A stretch of DNA of 63,976 nucleotides, filler included, from Octopus bimaculoides (GCF_001194135.2; 6 parts of 5 records of this genome joined end to end with filler, not necessarily neighbours in it), one strand, 5' to 3'. Positions 27,401 through 39,080 are shown, counted from the first letter of the whole stretch. The notes: generated by a model from the sequence alone, not told the origin. A program made the numbers and translations.

Positions 27401-28270
27401 CAATGACAGAAATCTCAAGATCCATAAGCATTGCTGGTGCTCATGGTGGTGGTCATGGTGGGATGGGGAGAATTGTGTGTGTGGGGGGGGTGGACTTTGT
27501 AGGCTTGGATTCTTCCTGCCATGGTTTGTTGNNNNNNNNNNNNNNNNNNNNNNNNNNNNNNNNNNNNNNNNNNNNNNNNNNNNNNNNNNNNNNNNNNNNN
27601 NNNNNNNNNNNNNNNNNNNNNNNNNNNNNNNNNNNNNNNNNNNNNNNNNNNNNNNNNNNNNNNNNNNNNNNNNNNNNNNNNNNNNNNNNNNNNNNNNNNN
27701 NNNNNNNNNNNNNNNNNNNNNNNNNNNNNNNNNNNNNNNNNNNNNNNNNNNNNNNNNNNNNNNNNNNNNNNNNNNNNNNNNNNNNNNNNNNNNNNNNNNN
27801 NNNNNNNNNNNNNNNNNNNNNNNNNNNNNNNNNNNNNNNNNNNNNNNNNNNNNNNNNNNNNNNNNNNNNNNNNNNNNNNNNNNNNNNNNNNNNNNNNNNN
27901 NNNNNNNNNNNNNNNNNNNNNNNNNNNNNNNNNNNNNNNNNNNNNNNNNNNNNNNNNNNNNNNNNNNNNNNNNNNNNNNNNNNNNNNNNNNNNNNNNNNN
28001 NNNNNNNNNNNNNNNNNNNNNNNNNNNNNNNNNNNNNNNNNNNNNNNNNNNNNNNNNNNNNNNNNNNNNNNNNNNNNNNNNNNNNNNNNNNNNNNNNNNN
28101 NNNNNNNNNNNNNNNNNNNNNNNNNNNNNNNNNNNNNNNNNNNNNNNNNNNNNNNNNNNNNNNNNNNNNNNNNNNNNNNNNNNNNNNNNNNNNNNNNNNN
28201 NNNNNNNNNNNNNNNNNNNNNNNNNNNNNNNNNNNNNNNNNNNNNNNNNNNNNNNNNNNNNNNNNNNTAA

Positions 28271-28306
<36 letters not shown>

Positions 28307-28940
28307 TTCTCTCTCTCTCACACACACATACAAAAACCCTCACACATATAAAACACTCACACAGACACAAACTAACTCATATACACACACATACACACAC
28401 ATCACCTCCGGTAGGGGGGGGGTCCCTGAATCCTGGTCCACCACCAGGAATACCATGGAGAGAAGAGAAAGAGAGAGAGTGAGAGCAAAGATAGTGAGAG
28501 AGAGAGGGGGGGGGGACAGAAGGAGAAAGAAAGGGATGCACACATTCCTAGGGCATAGCCATACCCCAATACCAAAGCCACTGCCACCACCTCCACCACT
28601 CAGAGGGGCTGGGAGCTTGTATAATAAGGTCCCTTGACCTATTAGAAATAGCTGCCAAATCTCCCTTAAATCACTTCCGCATCTCTGTCCCCTTCCCCTT
28701 GCATCAATCTTAATAGTCTTATCTGAGATTACACTAGACTCTGCTGTATTTAGAAATATGATACCTGAGACAGAAAAACATCAACAATAAGAAAGGGTGG
28801 GCATGGTTGGATGCTTAAGGAGCTTGCTTTGCAGCCACATGGTTTCAGGTTCACTCCTGCCTTCAGTAAGTGTCTTCTAATGCACTGGGGGCTCTAATGC
28901 TTTCGTTGATGGAAACTGTATGGAAGCAGCGAACTGTATA

Positions 28941-29165
28941 AGGCGGGGAGCTGGCAGAAACGTTAGCATGCTGGGCGAAATGCTTAGTGGTATTTCGTCT
29001 GCCGTTATGTTCTGAGTTCAAATTCTGCTGAGGTCGACTTTGCTTTTCATCCTTTCGGGGTTGATAAATTAAGTACCAGTTACGCACTGGGGTCGATGTA
29101 ATCGACTTAATCCATTTGTCTGTCCTTGTTTTTCCCCTCTATGTTTAGCCCCTTGTAGGCAATAA
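28941..29165 (+). mobile_element. SINE family B (about 220 bp)
   Basis: GGCGGGGAGCTGGCAGAAACGTTAGCA...GAGTTCAAATTC (box B-like)...CTTTTCATCCTTTCGGGGTTGATAAATTAAGTACCAG. The same element recurs many times in the window. Confidence 0.88.
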
Positions 29166-29239
29166 AAATTTTTTTTTTTAAATAGGAAACTGTATGGAGG
29201 CCTGTTGTATCTATGTGTGTGCACATGCGCATGCACGTC

Positions 29240-29567
29240 TTTTTTATTTGTTGCAGTCATTAATCTGCAGCCATGCTGCAGCACTGCCTTGAAGAATTTT
29301 TAGTTGAATGTATCAACCCCAGTACTTATTTTATTTTTTCTCTTTTGTTGAACTGCTAAGTTACGGGGACATAAACAAACCCATACTGGTTGTCAAGCAG
29401 TGGTGGTGAGGAACAAACACAGACACAAAAATACGCACACATAGATATCCATATATGGTTACATATACAAAAGGCTTCTTTCAGTTTCTGTCTACTAGAT
29501 CCACTCGCAAGGCTTTGGTCAGCCTGAGGCTATGGTAGAAGACACTTGCCCAAGGTGCTGGGCACTG
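29240..29567 (-). mobile_element. Family A SINE, 5'-truncated and decayed
   Basis: CAGCCATGCTG...GCTAAGTTACGGGGAC...GGCTTCTTTCAGTTTCTGTCTAC...CTTGCCCAAGGTGC is the reverse complement of the family A body. Confidence 0.85.
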
Positions 29568-30551
29568 TTTTGTGTAGCATGGGCACTTCAAAAGCAGAAG
29601 AACATCCCTGGAAGATGATGAGTCATTTGGAAGACCTGCCACAAGTGTCACCCCTGGAAATGTGGTATTGTGCATCAAGAATTCGCTTCCCCTTAGGGTC
29701 AGACCATCAGTCAAGAGTTCTACTGCAATGTCTGGAAGCGTTTGATGGAGGACATTTGGCAAAAGCAACTGGGTCTGTGGAGCGCTAAGAACTGGATTCT
29801 TCACCAAGATCTCCTCATGTGTTTCTCGCCATTAACAATATGGTATTGTTTCTACTCCCACCCTGTTCACCAGATTTTGCACTTACAGACTTCCATCTCT
29901 CCCCCAAGATGAAGATGCAGCTGAAAGGTTGTTTGAACACCGTTGTCAAGATCCAAAGTGAATTGCAGAAGATCCTTGACTTGCTTATGGAAAGCAACTT
30001 CCATGCCGGATTCCAAAAGTGGTAGGAACACTGGGACCAATGTATTGCTGTGTAAGGTGATTATTTCAAAGGAGATGATATTAAAAGTTAGGTAGGAGTG
30101 GCTGTGTGGTTAGTAGCTTGCTTACCAACCACATGGTTCCGGGTTCAATCCCACTGCATGGCACCTTGGGCAAGTGTCTTCTACTATAGCCTCAGGCCGA
30201 CCAAAGCCTTGTGAGTGGATTTGGTAGACGGAAACTGAAAGAAGCCCGTCGTATATATGTATGTATGTGTGTTTGTGTGCCTATGTTTGTCCCCCCACCA
30301 TCGCTTGACAACCGATGGTGGTGTGTTTACGTCCCCGTAACTTAGCGGTTCGGCAAAAGAGATCGATAGAATAAGTACTATGCTTCCAAAGAATAAGTCC
30401 TGGGGTCGATTTGCTCGACTAAAAGGCGGTGCTCCAGCATGGCCGCAGTCAAATGACTGAAAAAAGTAAAATAGTAAAATAGTAAAATAGTAAATAGGTT
30501 ATTTTTTTATTAAACATAACTAGTTCAGGAACCTTTTGATACCACCTCATA
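29568..30551 (+). mobile_element. Decayed, internally deleted mariner DNA transposon, interrupted by a SINE at 30091-30495
   Basis: Translated pieces match the mariner transposase layout: FKSRRTSLEDDESFGRPATSVT (HTH region), HQEF..GQTISQEFYCNVWKRL...KNWILHQD, and LPPCSPDFALTDFHLSPKMKMQLKG...FQKW*EHWDQCIAV*GDYFKGD (YSPDLAPxD motif and C-terminus). Contains stops and frameshifts. A TIR-like end GGAACCTTTTGATACCACCTCATA lies at about 30528-30551. Confidence 0.9.
30091..30495 (+). mobile_element. Full-length, young family A SINE inserted into the mariner element
   Basis: Near-identical to the 14484 copy with CpGs largely intact. Ends in a (GTAAAATA)n tail. Mariner sequence resumes on both sides. 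Confidence 0.92.
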
Positions 30552-30960
30552 TCTCACAGAGATGGGAACTGACTGGAACACAGCTCAAAGGGTTACCAAT
30601 GATAACCCAAGCAAATCCTAACAAATACTTGATGCAGCGATGCGCTGCAATGGTGCATGCCCCATATCTGACCTGTTCCATTGTTCAATGAACTGGATCT
30701 GAATTGATAAATTTATTTCTAAACAGCCAAAATATTCCAAAGACACATTTATTCTTTAACATAATTCCTAAGCCAAACTACAATAATAAACTATGAGGCT
30801 ACAGTCCATCTTGTACTCTTTGTAAGTGGCTGAGTATTCCACAGACATACTCTTTTACTTGTTTCAGCCATGCAGCTTCAGTAATGCTGGGGCACCACCA
30901 TGGATCCTCGTCCACTTGTATGTTATTGTCAGCACTGTAATATTCTTGTCACTACTAATA

Positions 30961-31172
30961 TGAGCTGGCAGAAATGTTAGCATGCTGGGCGACATGCTTA
31001 GCGGTATTTCGTCTGTCTTTACGTTCTGAGTTCAAATTCCGCCGAGGTCGACTTTGCCTTTCATCCTTTTGGGGTTGATTAAATAAGTACCAGTTGTGTA
31101 TTGGAGTCGATTTAATCAACTGGTCCCCTCCCCTAAAATTTCGGGCCTTGTGCCTAGAATAGAAAAGAATAT
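30961..31172 (+). mobile_element. SINE family B
   Basis: GAGCTGGCAGAAATGTTAGCA...GAGTTCAAATTCCGCCGAGGTCGACTTTGCCTTTCATCC. Confidence 0.88.
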
Positions 31173-31721
31173 GTTGTGGTAGTATTATGCATCTTATTAT
31201 CCTCAACTTGTTTATCATCCTACCGCTGGCAGCTCCACAAGACAATAACTTTGAGACGTCTACCTTGACAGTAATTTGAACTCATATATATCATGTACCT
31301 GACACTGACTCCAAACTGAGAACTCATACAAGGACTCTACTACTACTGACCTCCTACACCGACTGACTTTCTGACTTTGTAGTGGATGGTTCATACCACT
31401 TTGTCACATGCGAAGAGGAGTAACATTTTCACTACAACACATACCCTGAATATAATTCCCTGGCTGATTCAGTGTACCACAATGAACAACAGAACTGCCT
31501 TTTGAAATACAGTCCCTTTTGTGTGCTTTCTGTAACAGAGTGAGAGGGAGAAGGAAAAAACTAAAAGAGACAAAGTTTTCAAAGTGGAACAGAACAGAAA
31601 GAGGGACAAAATAGTAGAACTTGAAAATTTAGCACTGTATTGGCAGAAGAGAAGGAGAAACAGTTACATAAAGAAGGAAGAGGAGGAGGAAAAGATGGAC
31701 ATGCACAAACTTAAATAGGAA

Positions 31722-32060
31722 CAGGCAAGATAAGAAGTTTGCTTCCCAACCACATGGTTCTGGGTTCAGTCCCACAGCGTGGCACTTTGGGCAAGTGTCT
31801 TCTACTATAACCTTGGGAAAATCAAAGTTTTGTGAGTGGATTTGATAGACAGAAACTGATAGAAGCCCATCGTATATATACATATGTATGTATGCATAAT
31901 TATGTTTATGTGTGTGTCTATCTGTTCCCTCATCACTGCTTGACAACTGGTGTGGATGTGTTTATGTCCCTTTATATATATATGTGTGTGTGTGTGTCTT
32001 TGTGTCTGTTTCTCTCATACTTCCATTTGACAACTGGTGTTGGTGTGTTTACATCCATAT
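31722..32060 (+). mobile_element. Family A SINE, 5' half plus partial 3' half
   Basis: TTGCTTCCCAACCACATGGTTCTGGGTTCAGTCCCAC...GGAT TTGATAGACAGAAACTG, followed by two TTGACAACTGGTG segments. Confidence 0.82.
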
Positions 32061-32934
32061 ATATATGTATATATCATCATCATCANNNNNNNNNNNNNNN
32101 NNNNNNNNNNNNNNNNNNNNNNNNNNNNNNNNNNNNNNNNNNNNNNNNNNNNNNNNNNNNNNNNNNNNNNNNNNNNNNNNNNNNNNNNNNNNNNNNNNNN
32201 NNNNNNNNNNNNNNNNNNNNNNNNNNNNNNNNNNNNNNNNNNNNNNNNNNNNNNNNNNNNNNNNNNNNNNNNNNNNNNNNNNNNNNNNNNNNNNNNNNNN
32301 NNNNNNNNNNNNNNNNNNNNNNNNNNNNNNNNNNNNNNNNNNNNNNNNNNNNNNNNNNNNNNNNNNNNNNNNNNNNNNNNNNNNNNNNNNNNNNNNNNNN
32401 NNNNNNNNNNNNNNNNNNNNNNNNNNNNNNNNNNNNNNNNNNNNNNNNNNNNNNNNNNNNNNNNNNNNNNNNNNNNNNNNNNNNNNNNNNNNNNNNNNNN
32501 NNNNNNNNNNNNNNNNNNNNNNNNNNNNNNNNNNNNNNNNNNNNNNNNNNNNNNNNNNNNNNNNNNNNNNNNNNNNNNNNNNNNNNNNNNNNNNNNNNNN
32601 NNNNNNNNNNNNNNNNNNNNNNNNNNNNNNNNNNNNNNNNNNNNNNNNNNNNNNNNNNNNNNNNNNNNNNNNNNNNNNNNNNNNNNNNNNNNNNNNNNNN
32701 NNNNNNNNNATATATATATATATATATATAGGTGCAGGCGTGGCTGTGTGGTAAGAAGTAAAAAAGAAAAACAGAATATAAATCATCATCATCATTTAAT
32801 GTCTGTCTTCCATGATGGCATGGATTGGATGGTTTGGCAGGAGCTGACAAGCCAGAAGACTGTGCCAGGCTCTGTTGTCAAGTTTGTCATGTTTCTATGG
32901 TTGGATGGCCTTCCTAATTCCAACCAGGCATTTG

Positions 32935-33522
32935 GCTCATGATTAAGAAAGCCATGTGTTTGACTCCCAGTGGCACATTGAGCAAGCAAGACACTTGATT
33001 TCACATTGCTCCTCTCCCCTCAGCTAGCAAAAGTCAGTCGTACCTGTAATTCAAAGGGGCCAGCCTTGTCACATTTTGTGTCATGCTGAATCTCCTTAAG
33101 GCTGGGTACACGTGTCTGTGGAGTACTCAGCCACTTTTATGTTAATTTCACAAGCAGGCTCTTTCATTGATCAGATCAACTGGAACCCTTATTGTAAACA
33201 CCGGAGTGCCAGTTTTTAGTGAAGGTCTCTGACTCATGATTGTAAGGTCGTGAGTTCAATTCCTGGCACTGCCTTATGTCCTTGAGCAAAAGACTTTATC
33301 TTTATTTTACATCACTCTAGTCCATTTCAGATGGCAAAAATGAGTTGTACCTGTAATTCAAAAGGGGCCAGCCTTGTCACATTTTGTGTTTTAATGCTAA
33401 ATCTCTCTGGCAACTGCATAAAGGGCACATGTGTCCATGGAGTATTCAGCCACTTGCACATTAATTTTACAAGCAGGTTCTATTGATCGGATAAACTGGA
33501 ACACTTGTCTTAACCAAGTGCC
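32935..33522 (+). mobile_element. Two tandem copies of SINE family D
   Basis: Both contain GAGCAA...GTACCTGTAATTCAAA(A)GGGCCAGCCTTGTCACATTTTGTGT...GGAGTA(C/T)TCAGCCACTT...GATCAACTGGAAC-like text. The second copy has a box B-like GAGTTCAATTCC. Confidence 0.8.
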
Positions 33523-33530
33523 ATTTATGA

Positions 33531-33582
<52 letters not shown>

Positions 33583-33649
33583 TATATAGATTGATGGATG
33601 ACACAGAGACAGCCAGACAGATATATAGATAGATAATGTTTGATTAATG

Positions 33650-34190
33650 GTGTACATTCCACCAGTACTGCTACACTAGCTACAACTACCACCACCACTA
33701 CTAACGCCAATACTACTTCCAGTGCTGCCATCCACATCCTCATCTCAAACATCATCACCACCATCACCATCATCATCACCAACACCATCATCATCACCAA
33801 CACCATCATCATCTTCGTCACTATCATCACCACCGCCACCACCATTACCATTGTCATCACCAACAATACCCTCATCACCATCATAATTGTTGGCATTCCA
33901 GGCCGTCAACACCACCACCACTGCTACCACTGCTACCAACACCATCACCGTCATCAACACCACTACCACAACCATCAGCAGCATCACCACCACGGATACC
34001 ATTACCACTACCCTGGATGCTATCACCAATACGACTGCTGTCACCACCATCAGCACTGTTTTCAGCTGTACCTCTACAACAACTTTTACTACCATCATCA
34101 TCATTGTTATTGTCACCAACACCAATTACACACCACTACCATCACCAATGACACCTCTGTCTCCACCACCACCACTAATACTTCAGCCAG
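33650..34190. repeat. (CAC/CAT)n degenerate trinucleotide block
   Basis: Direct reading. Confidence 0.88.
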
Positions 34191-35555
34191 TACCAGTAAT
34201 AAATCAATGGTATGAATCTGGCTACCAGATACCATCTGTTTAATTTCATGTTTGTACTGAGGAGAGACAGACTGACAGACAGAGAGGATGGAAAGCCGGA
34301 AAGAGAGAGAAGGATGGATGAAGAGAGAGAGAGAGAGAGGGAGTGGGTAGAGGATAGAGTGAAAGGGAGAAAGAGAGAGAGAGAATAGGGATAGACAGAC
34401 AGACTGAGAGGGGGAGAGACATGAGAAAGTTGGTGAAGATTATGATGTAGGAACAGAGGGAAAGAGAGAGGGAGATACACTGTGGACAAAGGGAGAAGGA
34501 AAGTAAATGTAGAGAGAGAGAGAGAGAAGCAATAGACTGACAGAAAGAAAGTAAACTGAAGCAGAGAAACTGAGATGAATAGAGAGGGGGAGAGACATGG
34601 AGATAGGGAGAGATAGAAAGAGGGAGAAGACAAGAAGCAAGAAGCAGAAGGAGGGGAAGGGAGGAAAGTGTAGAGAGAGAGAGAAAGTGTTGATGATGGA
34701 GGCGGCTGCGGCGGCGGTGGTGGTGGTNNNNNNNNNNNNNNNNNNNNNNNNNNNNNNNNNNNNNNNNNNNNNNNNNNNNNNNNNNNNNNNNNNNNNNNNN
34801 NNNNNNNNNNNNNNNNNNNNNNNNNNNNNNNNNNNNNNNNNNNNNNNNNNNNNNNNNNNNNNNNNNNNNNNNNNNNNNNNNNNNNNNNNNNNNNNNNNNN
34901 NNNNNNNNNNNNNNNNNNNNNNNNNNNNNNGAGTGGGAAGAGGAAAGAATAGATTTGTGAAGAGGAAGAGAGAGAGAGAGAGAGAGAGATACAGAGAGAA
35001 AGAGACTGACTGTGAGAAAGAGTAAAGGAAAGTGTGTTTGCAAGAGACAGAGAGGGAAAGAAATATAGTGATGGGGCGGGGGGGGTCAAGGGAACGGGGT
35101 AGTGGTGGGTTGTAGCAAAGACTTATGTGTGTCAGAGGTCAAATATAGACACATACACACACATGTACAAGCACACACACACATACGCATGCTCATATAT
35201 GTATACTTAGAGATACATAAATGCATACGTTTGCAGGCTCATACACACCTACAAACACACGCTTATATACACACAGAGGCTTGTGCATACACACATACAC
35301 CGAGAGATTCGCACATACACACATGTATATAGAGGCTCTATATAGATCCTCTAATTCCTTATGTACTTTGTACTTCTATATGTAAACCAGGTTGGCAAAA
35401 TAACATAGTCTGCCCTAGACACCTGTGCTTTGGTTCTTTCTTTCTTTTTCTTTCTTTTTTTTGTCACTTTTGCTATGAATTAAATTAATGAATTCAACGG
35501 GGTACATTGTCTGCAAGTAGTTGGGTTCAGCATATTATCCTCCATTTTCTAATTG

Positions 35556-35590
<35 letters not shown>

Positions 35591-35735
35591 CATAAATATA
35601 TAGGGATTGACAGTAATCCCTATATATTTATGATTATAAATTATTTACCGAAGAAGGTTTTTTTCATACTGAGCTACCCGGCAGAATTGTTAATTATTAA
35701 TTTTATTACTAATTGATGATTCCCTGCCCTGCATA

Positions 35736-35781
<46 letters not shown>

Positions 35782-36339
35782 TAATAAATGGTAAAATCAA
35801 TAATAATTTTACCAGGTAGCCAGTGCGGAAATAAAAACCTTATAGGTAAATTTTACAAAATATTTTATAATTATATACATAATTATAACAAGAGGTCAGT
35901 TCTGATGTTGATGTGTTTATGTCCTTGTAACTTAGCTGTTCAGCAAAAGGAACTGATAGAATAAGTACTAGGCTTAAAAAATAAGTCCTGGCGTCGATTT
36001 CTTATATATATATGTATAGATAGGGAAAGAGAAAGAGAGAGATGCACACACACACACATACGTATATAAGCACCCCACACACACACACACACACACACAC
36101 AAGCAAGCTTCAACTCCACCCACCCCCATCCACCCAGAACTTCCATCATAGTGAATTTCTTTCATAATAGCCTTGTCTGATGTGCAGAGATAACACTGAC
36201 AGGCAAGGGCTACGGGCTTGTCCTTTGAACTTCAAGACAGCTGGTCACTGGACTTGTGTCAGCCAGTTTGTGCCGGTCTAAACCGGTCTGTCCGTCATCT
36301 CTAATGATGAGAATTTAGAAACTGTGATGCAGAGATAAA

Positions 36340-37543
36340 GATTCGGTGGTGGTAGTGTTTAGCCCTTGGTCATTCTTGGTCCAGTAGACAGATGATCAAA
36401 GATGATCATATTGTGACCACCCCAACTAGTCATAGTGTATTGTATTGTAACTAATATTAGTGACTATAGCTGTTGTTGTTTAGTCCCAGGATAGTACTCA
36501 TCCAGACAGACCTGTGATCAAAGACGTTCCAACTGTGACCATCCCATCTATTATTCAGGCATTGTCTATCTAGGACTACAATATCTAATGTACCGTATAG
36601 TAGATAGTGGCTATAATTGTTATTTAGCCCCAGGTCAGTCCTGATCCAGCAGACTTATGATCAAAGATGTTCCANNNNNNNNNNNNNNNNNNNNNNNNNN
36701 NNNNNNNNNNNNNNNNNNNTGTCTATCTAGGACTACAATATCTAATGTACCGTATAGTAGATAGTGGCTATAATTGTTATTTAGCCCCAGGTCAGTCCTG
36801 ATCCAGCAGACTTATGATCAAAGATGTTCCAGATGTGACCATCCTATCTTTTATTCAGGCATCGTCTATCTAGGGCTACAATATCTAATGTATCGTATAG
36901 TAGTTAGTATTAGCGTTTATAGTTGCTGTTGTTTGGCCCCAGGTCAGACCCAGTACTGCTAACCTATGATCATAGATGTTCCAGTTGTGACCATCCCCTC
37001 TTTATTCAGACATTATGTACCTAGGTATACATTGTCTAATGTATTGTGTGGGAACTAGTATTTGTGGCTATAGTTGTTGTTTAGCCCATGGTCAGTCCTG
37101 ATCCAGTAGACCTATGACCAAAGATGCTCCAGCTGTGATCATCCCATCTTTCATTCAGACATAGTATATCTAGGGCTACATTATCTAATGTACAGTGTCG
37201 TCATTAACATTCTAAGGCAGCGAGCTGGCAGAATCATTATTATGCCAGGCAGAATGCTTAGCAGCATTTTGTTCATCTTTATGTCCTAAGTTCAAATCCC
37301 GCCAAGGTCAACTTTGCCTTTTATCCTTTTGGGGTCAATAAGATAAGTACTAGCTAAGCACTGGAGTCGATGTGATCGACTTAGCCCCACACCCCGAAAT
37401 TGCTGGCCTTTTGCCAAAATTTGGAATCAATAGTAGTGGCTATAATTGTTGTTGTTTAGCCCCAGGTCAGTCCTGATCCAGACAGACCTATGATCAAAGA
37501 TGTTCCATTTATGACCATCCCATCTTTTATTCAGACATAGTGT
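36340..37543 (+). repeat. Tandem array of ~148-bp units (about 7 units), interrupted by a SINE and ending at the scaffold join
   Basis: Recurring TTTAGCCCCAGGTCAGTCCTGATCCAG..GAC(C/T)TATGATCAAAGATGTTCCA...GTGACCATCCC at about 36358, 36479, 36622, 36780, 36932, 37080 and 37455. Confidence 0.9.
37212..37428 (+). mobile_element. SINE family B inserted into the ~148-bp tandem array
   Basis: GGCAGCGAGCTGGCAGAATC...GTTCAAATCCCGCCAAGGTCAACTTTGCC. Array units are present on both sides. Confidence 0.85.
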
Positions 37544-37643
37544 NNNNNNNNNNNNNNNNNNNNNNNNNNNNNNNNNNNNNNNNNNNNTTAATTAATTAAN
37601 NNNNNNNNNNNNNNNNNNNNNNNNNNNNNNNNNNNNNNNNNNN
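37544..37643. other. Artificial scaffold-join spacer
   Basis: 44 N + TTAATTAATTAA (37588-37599) + 44 N. Confidence 0.95.
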
Positions 37644-37979
37644 CCCAGGCTATTCTTATTCTAGCAGCTACACTTTCAGCGCACCCACCCCCACTACTAA
37701 CTTGGTCGCCCAGATAGCGGAAGCTATCGACTACCTCTAGTTTTTCACCCTGGAATGAGATAGAAGTTGTTTCCTGTTTGTTTGCAGTCTTTATTGCACC
37801 TGAACATCTGCCACAAACAAAAACTAACTTGCTAGTTAACCTGCCTTTGATGTTGCTGCACCTCTTATGTGTCCATAGCTTGCACCGGGTACATCTTATA
37901 GAGTTACTACCTACTCCTTTTCTACATACTGAGCAGGGCCATCTACCTGAAGGGGTTTGTGTTTTATCTACCTTCCTAC
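37644..37979 (-). mobile_element. RTE-clade non-LTR retrotransposon ORF2 fragment (end of RT with embedded C4HC3 finger), cut by the scaffold end
   Basis: Open frame: GRWPCSVCRKGVGSNSIRCTRCKLWTHKRCSNIKGRL...FVCGRCSG...GEKLEVVDSFRYLGDQVSSGGGCAESVAARIRIAW. The LEVVDSFRYLG...RIxxAW block is the typical end of an RTE-type RT domain. Confidence 0.9.
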
Positions 37980-38134
37980 ATACATACATACATACATACA
38001 TACAAATAAACAAAAATACCCTGTTGTTGATGTTGAAATTCCAATAAAGGAGCCTTGGATCTAGGATAGAAACCGGTTCTTTCTCTATTGGCAAGAAATC
38101 TTGAAATAAACTGAATAATGACATACATACATGT

Positions 38135-38382
38135 GGAAGTGCATGGCTTAGTGGTTAGGGTGTTGGACTCATGACTGCAAGATTGTGGTTTCAATCCCTG
38201 GACCAGGCGACACATTGTGTTCTTGAGCAAAACACTTCATTTCACATTGCTCCAGTCCACAGTTGGCAAAGATGTGTCGTTCCTGAGAGAGACTGGCATC
38301 CCATACAAGTGGGGAATATATATATATACGCCCTGGAAACCAGGAAACTGGCCCTTATGAGTCAGCATGACTTAAGAAGGAA
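38135..38382 (+). mobile_element. tRNA-headed SINE (family D-type head, different tail)
   Basis: TGGCTTAGTGGTTAGGG (box A-like), GGTTTCAATCCC (box B-like), and GTTCTTGAGCAAAACACTTCATTTCACATTGCTCCAGTCCAC shared with the 33218 copy. Confidence 0.78.
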
Positions 38383-38653
38383 ACTACTGCTGCTGCTACT
38401 ACTATTATACATACATACATGCATACATACATACATGCATATATATGTCATCATCATCATCATCATTGTTTAACTTCCACTTTCCATGCTGGCATGGGTT
38501 GGATGGTTTGACAAGAGCTGGCCAGGCAGAAGCCTGCACCTGACTTCTGTGTCTGTTTTGGAAGGGGTTTTATAGCTGTATGCCCTTCTTAAAAAAAACC
38601 AACCATCCCTCATATCTGACAGGTAGTGTAACTGAAGGAGGAGGACACAGCCA

Positions 38654-38895
38654 GCATAATTATTGCGTTTTTTTTTTTTCAACAAATTTTATTCAACAAT
38701 AACAACAAGCAACAAAAACATCTTTAAATGATTATTCTGGAGCATATTCAACATCTACTTCAATTCCTGCTTCCCATTTGCTTGGCAGACGGTCAGACTG
38801 TCATTTAAAGATGTTTTTGTTAAATATTGTTATTGTTTTTGTCGAATAAAATTTGTTGAAAAAAAAGCCACAATAATTATGCACCAACCCCAATA
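38654..38895. mobile_element. Mariner-type MITE with about 85-bp inverted arms
   Basis: 38654-38740 is an imperfect reverse complement of 38801-38883. The right end reads, on the - strand, TATTGGGGTTGGTGCATAATTATTG, resembling the mariner/MADE TIR. The left outer end is eroded. Confidence 0.75.
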
Positions 38896-39080
38896 ACAAA
38901 TTCACTTATAGGGCATTGGTTAACCTGGAGCAATAGCAAACAACAGCGGCCCAAAGAGCCATGCAGTGGGGTTGAAACCAAAACCATTTAGTTGCAAAAG
39001 CAAACTTCTTAACCACACAGCTAAAGATGGAATCCAAATTACAGCAACATTACATATTTAAATTGTTTAGTTTCTATCAG

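Noticed and set aside
28400-28640. Gly/Pro-rich peptides on both strands (PKPLPPPPPLRG; LSGGGGGSGFGIG)
   Set aside because: These are a consequence of CCA/GGT low complexity, and neither strand has a convincing pair of splice sites with family support.
35812-35841. 30-nt + strand exon-like segment (SQCGNKNLI) with good splice sites
   Set aside because: It is the right arm of the fold-back repeat at 35620-35880.
36340-37543. Periodic repeat as a CRISPR-like repeat-spacer array
   Set aside because: The whole ~148-bp unit is homologous between copies, so there are no unique spacers.
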